64,000 bases of DNA from Octopus vulgaris (lineage: Eukaryota): positions 53,072,001 through 53,136,000 of the forward strand of contig OX597815.1 of the NCBI GenBank assembly GCA_951406725.2, read 5' to 3'. Position numbers and translations under genes: made by a program. The notes below the pieces were generated by a model. That model was not told the origin of the DNA. It made no database searches and worked only from the letters and a program-made list of their open reading frames with translations. Below, in pieces: positions 55,231 to 64,000 of the stretch (its first letter is position 1; each line of letters starts with the position of its first letter).

Positions 55231-56157
55231 TTGGAATTTACAAAAAGCAAAAGACGAAGACAGGTAAACAACAAACAGGTGTATTAGTTTAACACTCGGG
55301 AAGGTGAGAAAATCTTTTACGTTTCGAGCTTACACTCTTCAACAAAAAGGAACAGGAGAAAATAAACAGAGACAGAATAAAAAAAGAAGGCTTTAGTAGC
55401 TAGCGGTTAATCATGGCGATGGCCGGACAGAGATGGTCAGGCAGGAGAGCTAGGAAGAAGGGAAGATAATAAAGTACTGGTAATCCCAAAATGAAGGTAC
55501 ACGTGCGAGTGTATGTGAGAGCGTGCGTGTGCGTGTGGATAGGGGCTGGTGACGTTGAGGTGTGGGTGTGTGCATGTGTAGCTGTGTGGATGATGGTGTG
55601 TGTGCTGGGAAGTGGTCAGTGCTAGTGTGTGCGGGTTGGGGCGATGTGGTGATGTGTGGTGTGTGAGGGATGCGAGGGTTGGGTGTGTATTGGTGTGAGG
55701 GTGTCTGGGTAGGGGTAGGGTATGTGAGAGTGGGAGTGGTGTATGTAGGAGTGGAATATGTGGGATAGGGTGGTGGTAAGATGGGATGTATAGGGATGGT
55801 TGGGTTGGGATGTGTAGGAGTGCGGTAACGATAGAGGGGTGACGATGAAGGGAGAGGGTAGCAAGGAGAAGGTAGGTAGGAGTGAAGAGAGGAAGCGGGT
55901 GTCAGAGCAGAGAGGAGAGGAGTGGTGGGTGGGAGTCAAGAGAGGAAGTATGCGTAAGAAGAAGAGAGGAGAGAGGAGGGGAGTTAGATGAAAAGGAGAG
56001 GGGAGTTGAGCCCATGTGCCGCAAGGAGCGAAGAGAAGATTAATTCCTGTTCACGGCAAAGACAGGAGTCTGGATAGCCCCTGTGCAAGGACAACCCGAA
56101 CACAGACAAGTGTTGTAAAGAATGACCGGTAAAGCGGAACTGGCGCGAGACCGGGGT

Positions 56158-56162
<5 letters not shown>
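55225..56162 (-). mobile_element. Neptune-type PLE 3' end (GIY-YIG C-terminus, 3' UTR, pLTR with degenerate HHR at ~55312-55350)
   Basis: [21 protein letters not shown]...REQELIF...HGLNS is homologous to 46970-47130. Minus strand has TTGTTGA-A-GAGT GTAA GCTC-GAAA-CGTA. Both ends abut (TA)n. Confidence 0.85.
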
Positions 56163-56211
<49 letters not shown>

Positions 56212-56214
<3 letters not shown>

Positions 56215-56375
56215 AAGTACAAAAGGGGACAACAACGCAAAACATCCAGACAGTTAGGTGATACAAAAAAGGGACAACAAAACATCCAGATAGACAATAT
56301 AAAGAAAAAAGGACGGGTCATTCGGAGTTTTCTTTCCTCAGTCGTGTTCCAGATTATCTTTGCAATTTCGGCATA
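56212..56375 (-). repeat. Short dispersed repeat; a second copy lies at 61420-61565 (+)
   Basis: GCCGAAATTGC..AGATAATCTGG..GACTGAGGA..CCCGTCCTT..GTATCACCTAACTGTC is shared by both copies. Confidence 0.85.
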
Positions 56376-56378
56376 TGT

Positions 56379-56441
<63 letters not shown>

Positions 56442-56698
56442 TGTGTATGTATGTCAGACAATGGTTTTTGAAAACTATACTACCCTACTATATATATATA
56501 TATGTGTGTGCGTATATACATATACATAGACATACATACATACATATGTGTGAGTGCGTGTGTATTTCTTCAATGTTTACAAATAACAAGGGAAAATGGA
56601 TAAATAGTTACCAGGGTAGCAAAAATTCACATACATACCAATGATTTAGCAGCCTACTTATAAAGGTAGAAATTCCAGGTTTTGGTGAAATGTATTTG

Positions 56699-56736
<38 letters not shown>

Positions 56737-56742
<6 letters not shown>

Positions 56743-57978
56743 ATATAAATTGGACATGGGCGATCGTTGTATTCTTTCTTGTCCTGAGGTTCACAGCCAA
56801 ACGGGTGCATAAATTGGAATGCCATTTGTATTTTTCCCTAGCCCCCATACTTACCGAGAAAATACATTAAAATTTTTCTAATGGAATTCCCCACTTTGTT
56901 CCGCCATTAAAACACCCAGTTGCTCACACTGCCGGCACATACCATTTCGCTAGCAACAAGGGGACTACAGGATGACAGTAAACCAAAGCTTTCGCTATGC
57001 TGTCTCTCTTCTTCTCTCTCACATATGCACGCGCGCACACACACACACATACGCACACACATACACACACACGCATCCATTTCATATATCTTCTTTCAAT
57101 TTCTGCTCTCTGCAAATATATTTTTTACGGATACAATTGCTTACAAAATAGGGATTAATGTATATTTTTTTCTATGTTCATAATTAAATCAATGCTTTAA
57201 TTATGAGACAGAGTTCTAATAGAATAGCTCCCAGAAACATATTCTTTACAAATTCTTTCTTCACAACTCCTGAAGCTGTTTTCTGAGAAGGTGGGAGGCT
57301 CCTATCAAAACAGTGGACCCGAAATGATAAGGTTGAGAAACGCTGTTATAGATTATGCCTAACCGAAAACGATCACAGCCACATCATCCAAACAGACCGG
57401 GTGAAACCGGGCTTAGCTGCTAGTATAATATAAATTGAACATGGGCGATCGTTGTATTCTTTCTTGTCTTGAAGTTCATAGCCAAACGGCTGGATAGTTT
57501 TGCGTGAAAAATGGCACACATATGCAGACGGGTGCATAGATTGGAATGCGGCTTGTATTTTTTCCTAGCCCCACCTACTTACCGAGAAAATCGATTAAAA
57601 CTTTTCTAATGGAATTCCTATATATCTTCTTTCAATTTCTGCTCTCTGCAAATAAAATTTTTACGGATACATCTGCTTACAAAAATAGGGATTAATGTAT
57701 AATGTCTTTCTATGTTCATAATTAAATCAATGTTTTAATGATTAGACAGAGGTCCAATAGAATATCTCTCAGAAACAGACTACGTTCAAATTCGTTCATT
57801 ACAACTCCTGAAGCTGTTTTCTGACAAGGGGGCGGGGAGTCAGGAAATTTTCATACAGCTGGATACAGGGTACCCAAAATGATAAGGCTGAGAAACGGTG
57901 TTAAAGATTATGCCTAACCGAAAACGATCACAGCCACATCATCCAAACAGACCGGGTGAAACCGGGATTAACTGCTAG
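56737..57978 (+). mobile_element. Head-to-tail dimer of a non-autonomous Helitron (units ~56737-57423 and 57424-57978)
   Basis: Both units start ATAATATAAATTG(G/A)ACATGGGCGATCG and end with a CCGG-GTGAAA-CCGG hairpin ~9 nt before CTAG|T. No target-site duplication is visible. Confidence 0.8.
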
Positions 57979-58555
57979 TATACATATCAGTGGCAACTCC
58001 GGCACTCGGGCTGTCCGGGTTTAGACCAAGTATAAATTTAGTATTTGCAAGCTGATTTAATTTCTACCAACACTGACTTCAAGTATGTAGTTGCAGCCAA
58101 TAACTCGGGCTCCTTTTAATGAGCCTGTGTATTTTTTCATTTTATTTTATTTATTTATAGATTTTCCAAATTGTGAATTTGCAAATATTATACTAATGTT
58201 TTTTCATGCACCACAACATTTCATCAAAAGAATTTCCTCCAAAATTGAATGTTTGGAAAGGGGGACAGTACATTTTGTATTCTAAATATAACTCAGAGGA
58301 GAAAAAGAAAGAGGGAAAAAAGAAGGAAAAGGAAAGACAGAAAGAAAGCAAAATGACTTTCAGTGATGACCATACTGCCCCCCACATTTTTTGAAGAGGT
58401 CACCATCCTTAAACCCATTCCAATACAATCGAAAAGGACTAAATAAATAATTAAATAAATAAATGGGGAATAGGAAGAGGTATATCCCTTCCCACTCACT
58501 CCCTCTAACTGTCAGTCTGACTATATATCTATCTATCAAGCAATCTATCTATCTA

Positions 58556-60657
58556 TGGGACGCGATGGCAGAATGCTCGAGAGACAAATCGCCGGGTTTG
58601 GATGGTCTGCCCTACGAGTTTTACAATTGTATGCCAGACTTGTTTGGAGACGTCTTGGCAGCAGTATACTGCAACTGGCAGCAAAACGGGAGCATACCCG
58701 GTTTTGTGAGTCGAGGAGCTGTAACACTGCTGAAGAAAGATCCAAACAAAGGGAACATTATAGATAACTTTAGACCAATCACTCTGCTCAATGCAGACCT
58801 GAAAATTTTGACAAAGGTGTTAGCCGAGAGGTTGGCACTTGTCATCGAGAAACTGGTCGACAATGCACAAACGTGCGCCGTACCGGGCCGGAGCATCCAT
58901 GACAACCTCCATCTGATGCGCTACATCATAGACAGGGTAGTTAACGAACCTGGCATGGGCGGGGCCCTGATCAACTTGGATCAATCGAAAGCCTTCGATA
59001 GGGTAGACATCGATACTTGGAGGCAGTCCTGAGAGCGGCTGGTTTCGGTCCCGTCTTCCGCGGCTGGATAGCTGCCTTGTACAGAGGCATTCGTTCGGTA
59101 ATTCGCGTAAATGGACATCTATCGAGACCTTTCGACATTACACGTTCGGTCCGTCATGGATACCTCCTCTCGGCGCTTCTATACGTATTGACTCTTGAGC
59201 CACTACTGCGGAAGCTGGCGACTCTGAGGGGCATCCCGCGAGAATTGGGATGCGGGACGAGCGTGTCTGTATACGCAGACGACGTCACCGTCATAGTGTC
59301 AAGCCACGAGCACATCGAGCGGGTCGGCGAGACACTGAAAGACTACGAAGCGGTGACAGGAGCAAAAATCAACCGGGAAAAGTCAGTGGGCTTGCGGCTC
59401 GGCACCTGGAGAAGCAAGCCCATGCCGTCCACCAGTACCTCCGTCGTGGGACGCTGGACAGACGGCCCGGTTGAGTTGCTCGGGCTCTGGTTCGGTCCGG
59501 ATCTCCAAATGGAGAAGAACTGGAACGATATAACGAATAGGGTGGTCACTCTCGGCCAGCAATGGGCCGAGAGGAAACTGTCCCTAAAAGGTCGGGCGGA
59601 GGTGGCGAACACGTACATCGCGTCCATCATCTACTATCGCCTGACCGTCGTACCTTGTCCCGACCCTACCATCACCAAACTAGAACGCATTCTCTTCCGC
59701 TTCTTGTGGAAAGGATGCGTCCCGATGGTCAGGCGATCCATTTGCTGTCAACACCCGTTAAAAGGAGGGCTGGGCATGCCGTGGTTGATGATGCGCAGAC
59801 ACGCGCTGAGACTGCGACATCTCCGGCTCTATGTAGACGACGATGAACAGGTGTGGTCGCCGTTTGTGAGGCACGCATTCCCGCAACTCGTCTCCATGAC
59901 CGAACTGCAGTCGTGGATCAAAAAGAGGCCGAGGAAGGGCGAATGGCACCGCGAGTGTCGCGTTGCTCTCAAGCAACTCTGCCGTCCCGGGTCGACCTTG
60001 AGTGACTTCAACACAACCAAAGCATTCTATAGGGGATTAGTGGAGGGGAGGTACGACGACGATCTCGGGGCAAACCTGGGCGTCGACGAGGAATACCTGA
60101 CCCGCCTGTTTCAAACGACTTTCGGCCCGGGCCCTATGGACAACTTCCAGAGATCCCTGGCCTGGCGGTGCTACCGAGAAGCGCTACCCGTTCGGGATAA
60201 GCTCTATAGGCATGGCTCGAGAAACACGGGGCCGACCTGCCCGAGATGTGGGCAGAGCGACGAAACCGCTCTGCACGCAATCGTGCAGTGTCCAGCAATT
60301 TCCGACCTGTGGGCTTATGTCGAACGACTGCTGTCACGTGTGGGACGTGTCGGTTTATCAGCCGAGTCTATCGTTAATATCGTCACGTGTCCTTCCTCCA
60401 AACGGGAAGGAAGAGCTATTTTTATCATACTTGTGGCTATGGCGAAAGAATGTATCTGGTGGGCGCGCCTGAAAGGATTAGAGACAAACACTTTCCTCTC
60501 TGGTCAATCTCTCATCAACTTCTTCAAGTATCACTTGAAGAGGAAAGTGAGAGTAGAGAGGCAAGTTTTGTCTAGTGAATGTTTAAAAAAAAGATGGGTG
60601 AATGTAGCAAGGATGGCACGTATGAATGACGAAGCCACCTTGACTATGATTCTATAA
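58556..60657 (+). pseudogene. LINE ORF2 reverse transcriptase lacking the APE domain, with one frameshift near 59010
   Basis: ORF 58463-59032 and the 546-aa ORF 59017-60657 join across a single frame change right after KAFDRVD. Confidence 0.9.
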
Positions 60658-61013
60658 ACCGTAAAAATTAATACAGAGAGTTGCTTATTTGCAAAAAAAA
60701 AAAAAAAAAGAAATATAACATGTCTTCATTGACCAAGGTTACCGTAGTCTTTTCCGTAGGCTTTTCTTTCCACGGGTAAACCTCACCTGTCCTCCCCTTT
60801 ACACTTCATATTGACATTTCTGTGATTACGATCCCTATTGATCAACTTTTTTTCCCCCCCTTTTTTAAAATCCTCCCCTTTTTTGTCCTCTTTCTTTCCT
60901 TTTACGATCCCTTTTGATCGAAAACCAACCGCCTTTTTTTACCCCCAAAAGAAAAGCTCTACCTTGTAATTTGTTCTGTCTGTGTGCAGCCCTGTGTGGC
61001 TAATAAAGAAACA
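58556..61013 (+). mobile_element. Young 5'-truncated Tx1/L1-clade LINE inserted in (TATC)n
   Basis: RT motifs KSPGLDG, NFRPITLLNADLKI, LDQSKAFDRV, YADD and a C-terminal CPRC...H...C. The 3' UTR has AATAAA at 61002. (TATC)n lies on both sides. Confidence 0.95.
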
Positions 61014-61068
<55 letters not shown>

Positions 61069-61081
61069 TTATCTATCTAAA

Positions 61082-61144
<63 letters not shown>
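61014..61144. repeat. (TATC)n microsatellite
   Basis: Directly visible. Confidence 0.95.
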
Positions 61145-61326
61145 AGGCTACCTATATTTCTATCTATCCATTTCCATTGCCATGGAACCCCATCCAAAAA
61201 GAAAAATGTTCTCTTCTATACAATCCCCACTAAAACAACTGCTTTATATAAATTAACAGGCTGTTTGTACATTCACAAAATTTTATTCGACAAGTCCGAG
61301 AAAGGAACGTGCTGATAATAAGGAAG

Positions 61327-61373
<47 letters not shown>

Positions 61374-61565
61374 CACACACACGCGGGCGCGCACGCGCAC
61401 GCACACACACATATCGAGTATAATTAGCCGAAATTGCGGAGATAATCTGGTACTCGACTGAGGAGAGAAAAATTCGAATAACCCGTCCTTGTATTCTTTG
61501 TATCGTCTTTCTGGATGTTTTGTTGTCCCATTTTTGTATCACCTAACTGTCCGGATGTTTTGCGC

Positions 61566-62700
61566 AGGCCTCATGACCAGACTTAAAAGCAACACTAGCT
61601 TTTGCAATCCTGAGATTTCGATATCAAGTGTATCGTCTCTACTAAGCGCACTTCCGACATACACAAAGCTTTCCACCACTTCAAGTCTTTTTTCTCTCAC
61701 AATGATATCAGGTTCCACGTATGCTTCCCTAACTGATGGAATGTGTATGACCCGTTCCTTTCCTTATGCTAATATTAAGTCCAAATGCACTGAACGCATC
61801 TGCATGTCCTCTACTGGGTGGGTTACAAAATCTATATCACCAGTATGAAGAACCGCCTGACAAGATTGCCAAATGTTTTTGATCTTGTGGTGAAAGTTCT
61901 TTGAGAAAAGACTTTGCTAGAGGTTCTAAATCACACATAAATACCAATTAACTCTGTTTGTCACTATGTTTGACAATTTTTTTCTACTGAAATTAGTTTT
62001 GAAAGTGTTCCGTTGAAGTTCACTCTTACCTTCATGTTGTGATGAAGTTTACAGTGAGCTTATAGAACTTCTATTAGAGTCTGTATTATTTCTGTTAATG
62101 TTCATAATATTTATTTTTTACACTAGATCGGACATCCATTACAGCTGATAGTACCTCGATTTAGAAACGCATCCAGTCTCACTCAAAATGACCTGCAATG
62201 CACTACGATTAACAGCACTGAAGGGCTTGGTAAGGTCCACATGTAATTGATAGTGGTACCCTTACCCATGAGCGTCTTGGCTGAGAAAATCTTGTCCATA
62301 AAACCCCACCCAGCTCTTAATCCATACTGGGTCTCAGGGATGATAACAAGGTATATCCATTTTGTTAGACGATTCATTCGACATAACTTTTCTTACCGAT
62401 TCGAGCAGGCATATACCACGGTAGTCATTCAGGACATTTGTCTTTATAAATGGAAAGCGTAATTGCATCTACCCTGTCTTGCAGGACAGTCTTGCCATGC
62501 CAAACAAATAGAACTAGCCGATGAATGGCCGTAGCAATGTCTACTCCAGAGCATATTAAATCAACAGTTATTTCATCCAGACCAGGAGCTGTCCCTATGT
62601 TTATCTATTTGATGGTAGACACTGTCTCATCAATTGTTGAACCATTCGTCATCTCTATTACAGCAGAATTTTTATTACTTCTTATAAAACTCGTATTTCA
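61566..62700 (-). mobile_element. Degenerate RTE-clade LINE RT fragments, interrupted at ~61900-62160
   Basis: APGLDEI; IIPETQYGLRAGWGFMDKIFSAK (RTE consensus-like LPESQCGFRxGRGTxDMIF); LEVVESFVYVGSALSRDDTLDIEI. Confidence 0.8.
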
Positions 62701-63149
62701 ATTTGACTACGCTTCACAGACCTTACTACTGTTAGAGATAATCCGATGGTACACTCTATTAGAGATTTGTCGCTGGTGTTTATATTAATGTACCGTTGAT
62801 ATTACTTTTAGCACTATCATTACTAGAAAGTTTAATCGATAACACAGTACTTTAGTTATAACTTCTTAATATTTAGTATTGCAACTGAGTGGGTAATGGG
62901 CTTATTGGTTACTGGTTTTGTGAACCGTGTTCTGGTTCACTGCACTTTCAGAGTTGCGAGTGGGCAGAAGACGTATGTATCTCGCTGTAGAACAATAATA
63001 TCAAGGAGTTCCATTAGGTAATCAGAAGTGTTTCTCGGTTTTCTTACTGATGCTTAATTCTTATACTGATTAGCAAAAGATATAACCACACCTACACACA
63101 TGTACACATGCATACATGCACACATGCGCACGGTCACACACATGTTATT

Positions 63150-63450
63150 AATAGTACTTCTACTACAAGTGATAGTATATTTCGTATAGTTGATAATGCT
63201 TCTATTGCAGTCAGTTCATATAATATTATTACGGCTGATAGTACCTCTATTACAGTTTATAGTACTTCTATTGCAGTTGATGATAGTTCTAATTTAGTTA
63301 ATAGTAGTTTTAAGTGAGCTGACAGAACTATTAGTGTATGTGGTATTTCCATTAATGTTCATAGTACTGTTTTTTTTTTTTACACTAGATCGGATATCCA
63401 TTATAGCTGATAGTATTTCTAACATTGCTGTTAGTGTTTCTATTGCAGGC
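63150..63450. repeat. Degenerate ~21-bp minisatellite (GATAGTACTTCTATTGCAGTT-like); a ~100-bp segment is also present at ~62050-62158
   Basis: Repeated (G/A)ATAGT..TCTATT(G/A)CAG units. TTAATGTTCATA..TACACTAGATCGGA(C/T)ATCCATTA occurs at ~62095 and ~63352. Confidence 0.6.
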
Positions 63451-63489
63451 CGATATTACTTTAATTTTATCGTGAAATCTATACGTCAG

Positions 63490-63521
<32 letters not shown>

Positions 63522-63636
63522 TGTATCTTTACTGCTTTTTTTTATATTTGTGCTTGAGGGTGTTTGTCAACCAGTCAGTCATTCAACCAGCCAGTATGTT
63601 CGGCAGCTTCTGTACTTCTAATACACAAATACACAA

Positions 63637-63707
<71 letters not shown>

Positions 63708-64000
63708 AACACACACGCAAGCACACAAAACATACTCCCACACAGACACAAACACGCATATATTAACGCGTCACAGTATTTACGAGGCGATTTGATTAGT
63801 CCCAAGAGTGACACCAAAGTGAAAGTAAAACCTGTAATTGCCTGTGACTTCTGCTATTGATATTAAGCCGCGGGAGCACTCTTATCGTGACACTTGGGTA
63901 ACGGTGAACACTTCTGAAACACCTTTTTATTTCTTTTTACTGCTACCCCCTCCCGCCACTATCTCTTCACCTCTGCCCACTGACGCAACTATTACCACTG

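Noticed and set aside
59250-60575. Alternative-frame and antisense ORFs over the LINE
   Set aside because: By-products of the GC-rich ORF2 sequence.

Overview
AT-rich eukaryotic DNA saturated with microsatellites. The SINE and LINE repertoire looks like an octopus (coleoid cephalopod) genome; this is pattern recognition, not a database result. No host protein-coding gene can be supported, and most listed ORFs are translations of simple repeats. The window is a retroelement graveyard: at least 8 Penelope-like element (PLE) fragments (RT and/or GIY-YIG), two Tx1/L1-clade LINEs (one young, 5'-truncated and sitting in a (TATC)n tract), degenerate RTE and CR1-group LINEs, many tRNA-derived SINEs, a head-to-tail non-autonomous Helitron dimer and a ~230-bp palindrome. 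The main unannotated signal is about 9 type I hammerhead ribozyme (HHR) motifs of varied architecture, mostly at PLE ends. Several have nearby antisense segments that could block their own catalytic core. Coordinates and base pairings were read by eye, so element boundaries are approximate.
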